A stretch of 64,000 nucleotides of DNA, from contig CM000151.3 of NCBI GenBank assembly GCA_000004695.1, positions 4,800,001 to 4,864,000 of the forward strand. Direction: 5' to 3'. The notes beneath the pieces were generated by a model, which saw only the letters and a program-made list of their open reading frames with translations, did not search any database and was not told where the DNA came from. Within the stretch, counting starts at the first letter, position 1. Every line of letters starts with the position of its first letter. The translations under genes and the position numbers were made by a program. Origin of the DNA: Dictyostelium discoideum. Taxonomy: Eukaryota. Positions 37,001-49,973 of this stretch are shown piece after piece.

Positions 37001-39855
37001 ATAGTTCTCACCAATCTACTGATTGTTCATTACCATTTATTCAATGTCCATTAAATGGTGGTAAAGTTTGTAGCAGTTTTGGTACTTGCGATAATCAAAT
37101 TGGTATTTGTACATGTGATGGTTCTCATCAAGGTAATGATTGTTCAAAAACTTTTGTTCAATGTCCATCAGTTAATTCAAATTCATGTAGTGGATTTGGT
37201 TCATGTAATAATGAAACTGGTGCTTGTTCATGTAATTCAGGTAGATTAAATAATGATTGCTCTGGTATTCAATGTGATGTTCCAAATTGTAATAGCCATG
37301 GTACATGTAATAATACTATTGGAAAATGTCAATGTGATAGTTCTCATCAAGGTAGTGACTGTAGTACTCCTTTTATTGATTGTCCATCTATAAATTTAAA
37401 TGATTGTAGTGGATTTGGTTCATGTAATAATCAAACTGGTACATGTACTTGTAATTCAGGTAAAACTTTATCAGATTGCACAGGTATTCAATGTAGTGTC
37501 CCAGATTGTAATGGTCATGGTACATGTGATACAAATATTGGTAAATGTCAATGTGATAGTTCCCATCAAGGTGCTGATTGTTCATTACCATTGGTTCAAT
37601 GTCCATTATATGGTGGTAAAGTTTGCGGTAATTTTGGTACTTGTAATAATCAAACTGGTGTTTGTTCATGTGATAGTTCTCATCAAGGTAGTGACTGTTC
37701 ATCACCATTTGTTAAATGTCCAACTGTAAATTCAAATGATTGTAGTGATTTTGGTTCATGTAATAATCAAACAGGTTCATGTAGTTGTGATAGTTCACAT
37801 CAGGGTGCTGATTGTTCATTACCATTTATTCAATGTCCAATATATTCAAATTCTTTATGTGGTGGTTCATCATTTGGCTCATGTAATAATCAAACTGGTG
37901 TTTGTACCTGTGATGGTTCTCAACAAGGTGCTGATTGTTCATTACCACTAATTCAATGCCCATCAATAAATTCAAAAGATTGTAGTGGTTTTGGTTCATG
38001 TAATAATGAAACTGGTATTTGTTCATGTAATTTAGGTAGATTAAATAATGATTGCTCTGGTATTCAATGTGGTTCTCCAAATTGTAATGGTCATGGTACA
38101 TGTGATACTACTCTTGGTGTATGTAAATGTGATAGTTCTCATCAAGGTAATGATTGTTCATTACCATTTATTAAATGCCCATCTATTAATTCAAATGATT
38201 GTAGTGGATTTGGTTCATGTAATAATCAAACTGGAGTTTGTTCATGTAATTCAGGTAGAGCTTTATCAGATTGTTCAGGTATTGAATGTAGTGTTCCAAA
38301 TTGTAATAATGGAGGTGTTTGTGATACTAGTATTGGTAAATGTCAATGTGATAGTTCTCATCAAGGTAATGATTGTAATATTCCATTAATCCAATGTCCA
38401 AATTTATGTAGTGGATTTGGTTCATGCAATAATCAAACTGGTATTTGCTCATGTAATTCAGGTAGATTAAATAATGATTGTTCAGGTATTCAATGTGATG
38501 TTCCAAATTGTAATAGCCATGGTACATGTGACATTACTATTGGTAAATGTCAATGTTTAAAAAATACATGGTCAGGTTCAGATTGTTCAATTCCATATCA
38601 AGTTATTAGATCGGTTAATGAATCAACAACAGCAGGTGGTGAAGCAACTTTTGAAGGTGTTTTTGGAGATGTTCATCAAGGTATTAAAATGCAAATTGGT
38701 GGTATTGATTGTCCAATAATATTTAATTCATCAACTATTATTAAATGTATGGCACCAGAAGGTAACGGAATTAAAAAAGTAACATTATTCCAAAATGATA
38801 TTTATTATACCTATGATAAATATAAATATAAAGCAATTGAATTGTCATGTCCATCAAATTGTTTAGGTAATGGTATTTGTAATACATCAACTGGAGAATG
38901 TAAATGTAATTCAGGTTATGGATCATACGATTGTTCTCCAATAATCAATAATGGTGGTGGTGGTGGTTTAGGTGAAACCCCCAATAGTAATAGTAATAGT
39001 GGTGAACTAGTTATCCCACCAAAATCAAATACTACATTAAATGAAGAAACAGGTGGTACAAATATTGTTAATCAAAAAACAAATTTCCAAATTTACTTTA
39101 AATCACTTTATGAAATTGATTATAGTGGTCAAATCGTTAAAACATATAAATTAGAAAATAATTGGGTAATTAATAATGATTCAAATAACAATGATCAATG
39201 TACATTTACTCAAACTATTGATAATGGTTGTAATATTACATCTAGAATTGATGAAATAAATGATGAAAATGGTAAAAAATTTGAATTTGCAGGTACAAGT
39301 TTCACAGTTTCAAATGGAGGTATTAAATTTACAATCACCATTGATAATTATCAATATCAAAGTAATTTAAATACATTAACTTTAGATTTTGTATCATCAG
39401 TTGGTGAAATTCAAGATACTCAAAACAACAATGAATGTAATTCAAAAGATACTGAAATCGATACAAGTAATGTAAATGATTTATCATCATCAAATTTCAA
39501 TTATATTAAAATATCAAAGAACAACAAAATTCTAAGTGGTAGATTTATTAATAGATTGTTATCAAATGGTAAAGCTACATTCTTTACAACATCGGTTAGA
39601 AATGAAAGTAATTCAATCATTGTTTCATTAAATTTACCACATTGTTCACAATGTATTATTGATCCTGACTTTTCAGTATTATTATCATCAGATTTTGTTT
39701 CAAATTGTCCATCAGTTGTTGATAAACGTAAATCATATATTGTACCAGTTTCAGTTGTTGCTTCAGTTGTTGGTGCCGTATCAGTTGCTTCTGCTGGTTT
39801 CCTCATTCGTAAAAAAATGATTGAAAGAAAATTCTTTAAAACCTATAGTAATTAA
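33721..39855 (+). CDS. Large type-I membrane receptor-like protein: signal peptide, plant-type LRRNT cap, LRRs, about 25 EGF/tenascin-like Cys repeats, an IPT/TIG-like domain and a C-terminal TM. Exons 33721..33944, 34087..34305, 34437..35090 and 35196..39855.
   Basis: Exon 1 has the signal peptide and an LRRNT_2-like cap (…DCLINII…CSLTTWVTCDSTTGSVKS). Exons 2-3 have LRR-like L..L.L..N.L.G.IP units and end …LKNNKFTG. Exon 4 holds the 1511-aa ORF with a 40-aa unit repeated about 25 times (CSLPFIQCPLNGGKVCGGFGTCNNQTGVCTCDGSHQGADCS). An IPT-like segment is GGIDCPIIFNSSTIIKCMAPEGNG. The TM is VPVSVVASVVGAVSVASAGFLI followed by RKKMIERK. Splice phases are all consistent (donors GTATGT, GTAAAT, GTAACT; acceptors AAAAAG, CAATAG, TATAG). 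Confidence 0.75.
36540..38560 (+). repeat. Tandem array of about 120-bp coding repeats (EGF-like units) inside the LRR-EGF gene
   Basis: Near-identical DNA units such as gattgttcattaccatttattcaatgtccattaaatggtggtaaagtttgcggtggatttggtacttgtaataatcaaactggtgtttg recur about 17 times. They generate spurious ORFs on other frames and strands. Confidence 0.85.
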
Positions 39856-40289
39856 TAAATAAATTAATATTATCACTTCCAAATATAAAATATTATTTTT
39901 ATTTTGAAAAGTTAAATTATTTTGTAAATATTATAAAAGATTGGATTTAAAATTTTTGGATATTGCCAAGATGTGCAGGATTTAATAATAGATGATTTTT
40001 GTTGGTGTCTGGATGGGAGCTAAATAAACTTTTAAAAGTTTTTTTTTGTTTTAGGTCTATGAGTTTTTTTTTTTTCGATTTTAGCTCCCCACTGTTTTAT
40101 TTATTATTTTTTTTCAAGAGCATTGTTTTAACCTTTGTTTTTTATATTTAGATCTCCAGGAAGATTTTATACAACCACCAATCACCAGGAAGATTTTTTT
40201 TTTTTTTTTTGTTTTTATTAAATACACATTTAAAAAATAATGAGTACCTGATGAATTATTACTAACTTTATCTATTTTCATTTATAAAG

Positions 40290-40760
40290 AAACAAATATA
40301 GATTGATATTTTAAATACTTTAAATCCTTATTATGTATTTTTAGAATATTATGGATATGGAATAGATGATAATAAAGAAAATTATTATATCTATATGGAA
40401 TGATTTGAAGGTGCAGAATCAATTAGAGAAAATTTAAATGGCTATAAATTTAGTGAAAGGAAAATTGATGATATTTCATTTAATGTTTTATATGCAATAA
40501 AACATTTACATGATGGCAATAATATAGCACATTGAGATATAAAGAGTGATCATAAACTATTGATATATGATAATAATCGTTTTGCCGGTAGTAATAATAT
40601 ATAAAATATTTCGATTAATTGATTGGTTGTTCAATAACATTGGAATAATACAAAATATAGCACAAGAGTTGGTACAGATCTATATATGGCACCAGAAGTT
40701 AAATTAATTTAACAAAATGGTAAAGCATCTCGTAAATCTGATATATGGTTGGTTTTATCC
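40290..40760 (+). pseudogene. Protein-kinase pseudogene fragment (subdomains V-IX) with several in-frame stops and a frameshift
   Basis: Translation gives YYIYME*FEGAESIRENL…LYAIKHLHDGNNIAH*DIKSDHKLLIYDNNRFAGSNNI*, then +1 frame …STRVGTDLYMAPEVKLI*QNGKASRKSDIW. These match HRDIKSDN (VIb), DFG-like, GTDLYMAPE (VIII) and SDIWS (IX), but with stops replacing key residues. Confidence 0.6.
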
Positions 40761-40990
40761 CCCTTCCCTATATGCAGTAATGGTGCAGGTCAAGTAGAAA
40801 CAATCGTAAAAAAATCCATCTTTTTGGATTCACTGGTGTTAGCGAATTCCCATTATGGTATGCTCATTATGATGGTAATCCATCTTTCAGCGATTTCTCA
40901 CCATTCAATGGTTGGTCAAGTCCATCAGTTAAACAATATGATGACACTGGTGACAGTTGTGGTTTAGGTTTCTATTTAAATTGGTATCCA
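40750..40990 (+). pseudogene. Ectopic GH25 lysozyme fragment (exon 3 start fused to an exon 4-like segment)
   Basis: …LSPFPICSNGAGQVETIVKK (compare YMFPCPTCGNGAGQAETMVNYLK) joins directly to GFTGVSEFPLWYAHYDGNPSFSDFSPFNGWSSPSVKQYDDTGDSCGLGFYLNWYP, which is near-identical to exon 4 of the gene at 31908..32096. The middle of exon 3 and the intron are missing. Confidence 0.6.
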
Positions 40991-41278
40991 TTAATCAATA
41001 ATTTAAAAAAAGTATTTTTATTTATAATTATAGGTCAATACCTTAATTTTAATTTTTTAAACACTCCAAAAAAAAATTTTTTTTTTATCTCAATTTCTTA
41101 AAATCTTAATTTCTTTTTTTATTATAAATAAGCAAAAAAAAAAAAAAAAAAAAAAAGTTTATAAAATTTGTACCCAAAAATAAATTATAGTGAGAAAATT
41201 GTTAATTTTCATTTTTATATTTTTTTTTTTTTTATTTTTTTGTTTTACTTTTTTATTTATTTAGAATTTACTACATTT

Positions 41279-41545
41279 CTAAAATCTTTTTTTAAGGATT
41301 GGATTTGATTGATTAACATAACCATTATTGGTTTTAGTGAAATTGCTTTCGTCATAAAAAACTTCTTCTTGTTGTTCATCTTCTTGTTGTTGATGATGAT
41401 TATTAATTTGTTGTGATATTTTATTTGAAATATTTGAACCAATTGAATTTATATTATTACCAATTGAATTTAAATTTTTATTTATAGTATCATCAACTTT
41501 ATTAAGATTAACAAAACCATTATTATTGTTATTATTAGTATTAGT

Positions 41546-41578
<33 letters not shown>

Positions 41579-42480
41579 TGAATAATTTTGATTTGGAATA
41601 CCTGGTGATGGTTGTTTTTTATTTGTGGCTAAATCTAAAATTTGAGTAAAAAGTTGTTGTGAAATTTTAATTATATTTTCAATGATTGGTTTCATTACAA
41701 CAATAATATTATTTAAAAGATCTTGAGATTGTTGACCTGTATTTTGTGGTTTCTTACCATACAAAATGTATGGTAAAAGTAAAGTTGAATATACAACCAA
41801 TACAATAATTGTATATCCAGAGAAAAATATACCAATAAAACCTAAAACTCCTAAAACAATTGATGTTTGAATATTAAACTAAAATAAATAAAAAAATAAA
41901 AAAAATAAAAAAAACAAAAATTAATTAGATAACCATAAAGTGTGTATTTGTATGTAAAGAGAGACAGGGGGACACTTACTTTAGTTGGATTAACATGTCT
42001 AAATCTATTCAATTCTGATAATGAATCACTGAATGCAAATTTTACTTTAACTATTAAATTGATAATATCTTCATAACTATCTTTTGAATCTTGAGTTGGC
42101 TATGTTAAAAAAATAAAAAAAAAAAATAAAAAAAAAAATTAGTATGGGATAAAAGAGAAAAAAATAAAAAATAAAAATAAAAATAAAAAAAATTAAAAAC
42201 TTACAATAACTCTTGTAATTGATTTTAAGTTAAAATTTAAAATTATAGTATGTAAAATTAAAATGAATGAAATGAAAAAACTAAAAAAAGAAAGTGCTGA
42301 TGTATTGAAATTTTTAAAATAGTATAAAATAAAAGATACTAATATAAAAAGTACACCAAAATCTATGGGTCTATTTAAAAGTAAAACATTTTTACTATAT
42401 TTAACTAAATCTTGATGGTCTTTAAATGTATCTTCTAATTGTTTTTTAAACTGTGCTTTTTTATGTAAAATTGATGACAT
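41279..42480 (-). CDS. Membrane protein with two long hydrophobic hairpin segments (reticulon/DP1-like topology). Exons 42205..42480, 41980..42099 and 41279..41878.
   Basis: Exon 1 (…IDFGVLFILVSFILYYF…ALSFFSFFISFILILHTIILNF…KSITRVI) ends at GTAAGT. Exon 2 (PTQDSKDSYEDIINLIVKVKFAFSDSLSELNRFRHVNPTK) runs from CATAG to GTAAGT. Exon 3 starts after ATTTATTTTAG and encodes FNIQTSIVLGVLGFIGIFFSGYTIIVLVVYSTLLLPYILYGKK… plus a poly-N tail. All junctions are phase 0. The topology (about 45-aa hydrophobic, about 55-aa loop, about 35-aa hydrophobic, tail) is reticulon-like; family assignment is tentative. Confidence 0.55.
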
Positions 42481-43411
42481 TTTTTTTTTTTTTTTTATTT
42501 TCTATTTTTTATTTTATTTAATTTAATTTTATTTTTATGATACTAATTGTCAATTAATTTAATGAAGGTATGAAAGAAAAAAATAAAAAAATAAAAAATT
42601 AAACCTTGCAATTTTTTGAAAAAAAAAAAAATTAAAAAAAAATATAAAAAAAAAAAAAATCACTCACTAATTTAAACAAAAAAAAAAGTAAGAAAAAAAA
42701 AAAAAAAAAAAAATTAAAAAAAAAAAAAAAAAAAAAAAAATGAAAAAAAAAAAATAAAAATAAAAAATAATTTAAGTGTACAAATCCGATTTCAAAGACA
42801 TTGATAAATTAAAATTGAGTCAACACTTTTTTTAATCTGGAGTTATGTTATGCAATCAATATCCAATATTGATATTTTTTATTTTTTTTATTTTTTTTAT
42901 TTTTTTTTTTTATTTTTTTTATTTTTTTCCAATTAGAATTGTTTATTTGAAATCTTTTATTTTTAATTATATTTATTTTTTTTTTCTTTTTTTATTTATT
43001 TATTTATTAATTTTATTCAATATATATTTTTTTGTTGTTTTTTTTTTTTTTTTTTATTTGATTTAAATTGTTTTTTATATTTTATTTTTTATTTTTTTTT
43101 TTGATCAGCGCAAGTAATCTGTGAGATTTTTGGAAAAAAAAAAAAAAAAAAAACTCAACTCCGACTTGCAAATCTACACAATTCATCCCAACAATTATTT
43201 TAAAAAAAAAATAAAAGATAAATAAAAATAAAAATAAATAATAAAAATAAAAACAAATAAATATGTTTTAAAACATTCATTGGGATTTAAACAGTGGTTT
43301 TTGGTAAATTTCAAAAAAAAAAAAAAAAAAAAAAATTAAAAATAAAAAAAAGATTTTTTTTTTTTTTTTTTGAAATGACCGTTATATTAATTAAAAATTA
43401 AAAATAAAAAA

Positions 43412-43448
<37 letters not shown>

Positions 43449-43460
43449 AAAAAAAAGAAA

Positions 43461-43491
<31 letters not shown>

Positions 43492-43633
43492 TTTTTATCA
43501 CATCAAAACACACCCCACAATAACAATACCTATAACAATAAATAATTTATCTATAATAAGTAATTGTAATATCAAGTAATCTATATTTTAAAAGATTTCA
43601 TTTTATAATTAATCTTTAGAGGATTAAATTTAT

Positions 43634-43672
<39 letters not shown>

Positions 43673-43748
43673 GAGTAAATTTAAAGAAATAATTGGTACC
43701 AATTATTTTTTTCTTTTTTTTTTTTTTTTTTATTTATTATTATTTTTT

Positions 43749-43788
<40 letters not shown>

Positions 43789-44838
43789 TATTTCCTTTAA
43801 ATTTATTTCTATTTTTATTTATTTATTATTATTATTTTGTTTTTTTTTTTTTTTTTTATTACACATAAACACCCCATCTATCGGAATACCCCCAAAAAAA
43901 CACTTTTTTTATTAGGCAAAATAGAAAAAAAAAAATAAAAAATAAAAAATAATAATACCTATTTATATCCAGTAATAAAAAATAAAAATAAATTAATAAA
44001 TAAAAATACTTAAATTTGACATAAATAACAGTTTGTTACGATAGAATCAGAGTAAATATATATATATATATAAAAATAAAATAAATAAATAAATTTGAAC
44101 AAACAACAAAAAAAAAAAAAAAAAAAATCACCACTTTACTCAGATTTATGGTTTCAAAATTTATTATATTTATTTAATATATTATATAAAAATATTAATA
44201 ATACAAAACCTTTACATATAAAAAACCAATTTTTTATTTTTTTTTTTTATTTTTTTTTTTTTTTTATTTTTTATTTTTTTTTTTTATTTTTTTTTTTTTA
44301 ATTTGTTGATTAATTAACAATACCACACCCCAACAACTCACAATAAAATACTCTCAATATTGTTATTTTTGAATTTCTACATAATAAATTTACATTAAAT
44401 AATTTCAGCGGAAAAAAAAATTTATATGATCACATATTAAGTTTTTGTGTTTCCATAAAATAATAATAATAATTTGTATGCTCAATAACTCATTCAAATT
44501 TTTTTCTCTTTTTATTAATATTTTTTAATTCAATTAATTTTTTTTTTATTTTTTATTTTTTTAAAATATTTTTTTAATTGAATTAATTTTTTTATTTTTA
44601 ATTTTTTTTAATTGTTTTTATTTTTATTTTTTTTTTATTTATTTTCTATTTTATTTTTTTTTAAAATTACTAATATTCCAACATCATATTATTTATATAC
44701 ATATATATTTCTAGATTTTCAAATTCTTTTCCTAAAAAAAAACTTTTTTTAAATAAAAAAAAAAAAACCAACCAAAAAAAAAAAAAAAACAACAACTTAA
44801 AGTAAATTTAAAATTTACTTTTAAATTTTTATTTTTCT

Positions 44839-45336
44839 ATGATGTCCTATTCAATACAAGAGAGGACAAATAGTAATAATACTACCAATAGTATTAATAG
44901 TAATAATAATAATATTAATAATAATAATAATAATATTAATAATAATAATAATAATATTATTAATAATAATATAATGAATGGGAAACAACAACAACAAAAT
45001 TTTAATAATTGGATTTCTGGTAATAGTATCAGCATAAATCCAATTGGAAATAATAGTAATAATAATAATACAAGTAATTTAATTCATTTAAATAATGGTA
45101 GTGATATTTTAAGTGGAAGTGGAAGCACAAGTAGTAGATTTTTTGTAAATAATGGAAATGGTAAAGTTTTAGGTTTAAATAGTTTTAGTGCAATTGATTC
45201 ATTAGACTATAGAAATAAATTAGTGGGGCCTATACCTCAACCTCAACAATCTTTACAACAACCACCAAATTCTAATAATAATAATAATAATAATAGTATA
45301 AGTAATAATAGTAATAATAATATCAATAATAATATC

Positions 45337-45410
<74 letters not shown>

Positions 45411-45676
45411 TAACAATAATAATAATAATGATAATAATAGTAATTACCAACAACAACAATTATATATACAACAAAAATTATTACAACAACAAAATATATT
45501 TAATCAACCTTTTCACCATGATAATTTTATAAATTCATCTGAAGATATAAAGATAGCAACACAAACAGCAAATGCAAATTATATACAACAACAAATTCTT
45601 TTAAATGTAGCTTCTACAGGTGTAAATAATAATAATAATAATATAAATAGTAATAATAGTAATAATAATAGTAGTA

Positions 45677-45745
<69 letters not shown>

Positions 45746-46087
45746 GTAATAATAATAATAGTAGTAATAGTAATAATACTACAAATAATGGTAACAATAG
45801 TCAAAAATATAATAGTTTAAATGGTTCCAGTAATGGCACCAATAATTTTGTAAATAGTTTAAATAATGTAGATGATAATAATTTAAAAATAAATGGGATT
45901 TATAATATAAATAATAATAATAATATAAATAATAATAATAATATAAATAATAATAATAATAATAACAATAATAATAATAATAGTAATATAAATAAAAGTA
46001 ATATGAACAGTAATAGTAATAATAGTTTAAATGGTAATATTAATATTAATGGAAATAGTGCAAATATTATAAATAACAATAGTAGTA

Positions 46088-46162
<75 letters not shown>

Positions 46163-46432
46163 GTAATAATAATAATAATAATAATAGTAATAATAATATA
46201 AATGGATTGATAAATCATTCACCAAGTTTAGGTTTAAGACCAATTTCTCCATCAAATATATCTCAATTGTTTTCTATATCACAAATTGTTCAACCACCAA
46301 TATCTTCAGCGTTTGACATGGAAAATAATAATAAATATTCTTTTGATTATGACTTTGGTTTACCACAACCTCAATTTTTCACAACACAACCACCTCAACA
46401 ACAAAAAACTTTACAACAATTCCAATTACACC

Positions 46433-46494
<62 letters not shown>

Positions 46495-46798
46495 CTTCAC
46501 CAACAACAATTTAAACAACCAGTACCACAAAAATCACCACAAATCCTTCACCAGCCCTCAATTAGCAGTATTCACCAAAATAATAATAATAATAATAATA
46601 TCGATTTCTTATCACAACAAATCAACCAAATTCAGTTACAACAACAATCACCCAATATTCAACCATCAAATAAATCTCTTTCACCACCCCAAAATTTACA
46701 AAATGGTTTAAATAATAGCAATAATAATATAATTACAAATTATAGTACAAATAATAATAATAATAATAATAATACAAATAATAATTATAATAATAGTA

Positions 46799-46843
<45 letters not shown>

Positions 46844-48156
46844 GCAATAATACTAATATTACAGCTGCAACTGCCATTCAACAGGCAGCAGTAGCACAAC
46901 AACAAGCAGCTGCTGCTCAACAGGAACAGCTCAGACAAGAACAATTAAAACAACAAGAGCAAGCAAAACAACAACAAGAGCAAGCAAAACAGCAACAACA
47001 ACAACAATTATTACAACAACAAGAGCAAGCAAAACAACAACAGGAGCAAGCAAGACAACAACAAGAGCAAGCAAAAATTCAACAAGTTCAACCAACATCA
47101 TCGTCATCACCAACACCATCACCAACACCTTCACCAACATTATTGAATAGTAACCAAGATTTATCAAACTTTTTGGACGAAACAAACTTCCCAACATTAA
47201 ATAATTCAAATAAGGATTTAAGAAAGAGTCAAACTTCAACCATCAACATACCACAATCACCAGTTACAAATGGACTTTCATCTTCACAAGATGATAAATT
47301 GAAGAGCAGAAAGAAATTGGAAACAAGTCAAGGTGGTTTAAATAGTTCAAAAGATTCCTTGGCAACTGCCATCACCAAATCAATGGCTGCCAATTCATCA
47401 CCCACCAGTGTTACCACTACTGTCTCCATCAATGGTAGTGGTTCTAATAGTTTGAGTACAAGCGCAACAAATATTAACACCTCCACTCAAGAAAGTGAAA
47501 AAATCAAATTATCTTGGTTTGAATTCCAAACACTTTCAAATTCAATTGGAGATGGTGAAGATGAAGATCATTTACCAAGTAGAGTACTTTGGGTAGGAAA
47601 TATTGGTATGGACGTTTCAGAAGATGATTTGAAATATGAATTTGGCTCATTTGGTGAGTTAGAAAGTGTACGTATCTTACATAATAAATATTGTGCTTTT
47701 GTAAACTTTAAAGATACCAACGAAGCAATCAATGCTAAAAAAGGAATGCATAATCAAGTTTTGGGTAGCCAATACATCGTTGTAAACTTTAGACATCCAA
47801 AATCTGATGATTTTATCAATGGTGTCCCAGTTGTACCAATCACAACACCAGAAACCCTCAACTCTATATCAAGAGCAATTTACATTGGTAATGTAAGTGA
47901 TAACCTTCCAGAGAAGGAAATAAGAAAAGAATGTGAAAAATATGGTGAAATTGAAAGCATTCGTATCTTAAGAAAAAAAGCTTGTGCCTTTGTAAACTTT
48001 ATGAACATTCCAAATGCTACTGCTGCTTTACAAACTTTAAACGGTAAAAAATTAGGTGATACTATCGTTAGAGTTAATTATGGTAAAGTTAGTCAAAGTA
48101 CAACTAATACAAATTCAAATAATACTGGAAATAAGAAATCAAATAAAAAGAAATAA
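44839..48156 (+). CDS. N/Q-rich RNA-binding protein with two C-terminal RRM domains (1105 aa)
   Basis: RRM1 is VLWVGNIGMDVSEDDLKYEFGSFGELESVRILHNKYCAFVNFKDTNEAINAKKGMHNQVLGSQYIVVNF. RRM2 is IYIGNVSDNLPEKEIRKECEKYGEIESIRILRKKACAFVNFMNIPNATAALQTLNGKKLGDTIVRVNY. The N-terminal 800 aa are poly-N/poly-Q low complexity. Single ORF. Confidence 0.85.
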
Positions 48157-48527
48157 ACAAAAAACAAAAAAAAAAAAACAAAAAAAAAAAATTATTATAC
48201 AGCTGCTTAATCACATATACATATACACACACACACACAATCACATATCATCCATTCATATAAAATTATAACTAAATATTTTAAATAAATAATAAATAAA
48301 AAAAAAAAAAAAAAAAAAATTATTATTGGTTTTGTTTGATCTTTTATATACAATTTTTTTCAGTACTTTTTTTAATTATGAAGATACAATTTAATCTTTT
48401 TAAAAATAATTACAAATTAATTATTTATTTTAACAATTAGATTGGTAAAAAATTTAAGGATTATTTTGTGTTAAAATTGAGAACCAACATATGTCTTCCA
48501 TTAAAATATTCAGTGGTTTTTTTTTTT

Positions 48528-48960
48528 TTAAATATTTGGTTTAATAACAACTATAACATCATTATTTGATATATTAAAATCATTTGGGGTTAGATGAGGT
48601 GGTAGTTCAAGGCCGTTGTATTGAAATTTAAGTACATATTCAGTGGTAATTCCTAACTTTTGATAAATTTGACACATTAATTTACAAAGTAGAGCTTTGT
48701 TTGAAATTTTGAATACTAATTCTTCATTTAAATGATTGATATGACATTTAATATGAATAAAATGTTTTTCATTATCTTTACAAGTTGTATTTGTACTTGA
48801 GTTTGTATTTTCATTTTTATCATTTGAAAAAGTTTGTTGCTTTTCTTTTTCTTGTTCTTGAAGTGATGTTGATGTTTGTGGAATAGGGGTGAAGTTATTA
48901 TTAAGTTGTTGATTTTGTAATTCATTTGTAGTAAATTCATTATTATTATTTTTATTATCA

Positions 48961-49029
<69 letters not shown>

Positions 49030-49921
49030 TTTTTATTATTATTATTATTATCATTTGTATTATTATTATAATTATTATTATCATTTGTATTATTATAATT
49101 TGTAATTATATTATTAATAGTTTGAATTGGATTTAAACCAAAAGTCCAAATTGAAAGATTGGGTTGATCATTAAAGAATTTGGTATATAAATCCAAAGTG
49201 AAATAAAATCTTTCTAATTTAAATTTTTTTAATTGTCCAATTGAGATCATTTCAAAATTACCACCATCAATTGACATTGAGTTTGAGTATACTAAATTTA
49301 AACCGATTTGATCACAAAATTCTTTATAGATCTTAAGGTTTTCATAATGTTTTCTCCAAATTTCATCTAAAAAGTGAGGTGAAAAAATAAACTTTGAAAA
49401 TAAACCTTTTTCAAATACTTTTAATGTTAAGAATCTTGTGTATTCAGATTTGAAAATATTATATACTTTACTTGGTACATCCAATTCTTGTAAAATGTCT
49501 GCAATATTTATAGTTTTGTAAATCTTTCTTTCAATATCTAAAATTTCAATTCTCTTATTTAGTTTGTTTTCAAAAAATGAAATTTCAGAATCTAATTGTG
49601 ATGGAAATAATGAATTGGCTTCATTTGTACTTTTTGGTTTTTTAAATTCTACAATTGATAATTCTAATGATTCGGATTCACTAACTAACTCATTGTTAAT
49701 ACCATTTTCTGTTGTTGTTGCTGTTGCTGTTGTTGTTGTTGTTGTTGTCGTTTTAATGTTATTCTCTTCTGACTGCTTCATTATTTTACTTTCTTCATTA
49801 TTTTCATCTTTACCATTATAACTATCGTTAACTTTATTATTATTAGTTTGATTTATCTTTTTTAATTTTGTTGTTTGTTCTTCCTCAAAGGAGTTTTGTC
49901 TCTTCTTATTTCTGTTATGTA

Positions 49922-49973
<52 letters not shown>

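Noticed and set aside
35963-38527. Many short ORFs on both strands inside the EGF-repeat region
   Set aside because: They are frame-shifted or antisense translations of the roughly 120-bp tandem coding repeat. The sense frame has the conserved Cys spacing.
45253-47239. poly-I / poly-L / poly-Y ORFs inside the RRM-protein gene
   Set aside because: They are antisense or other-frame artifacts of (AAT)n and (CAA)n tracts.
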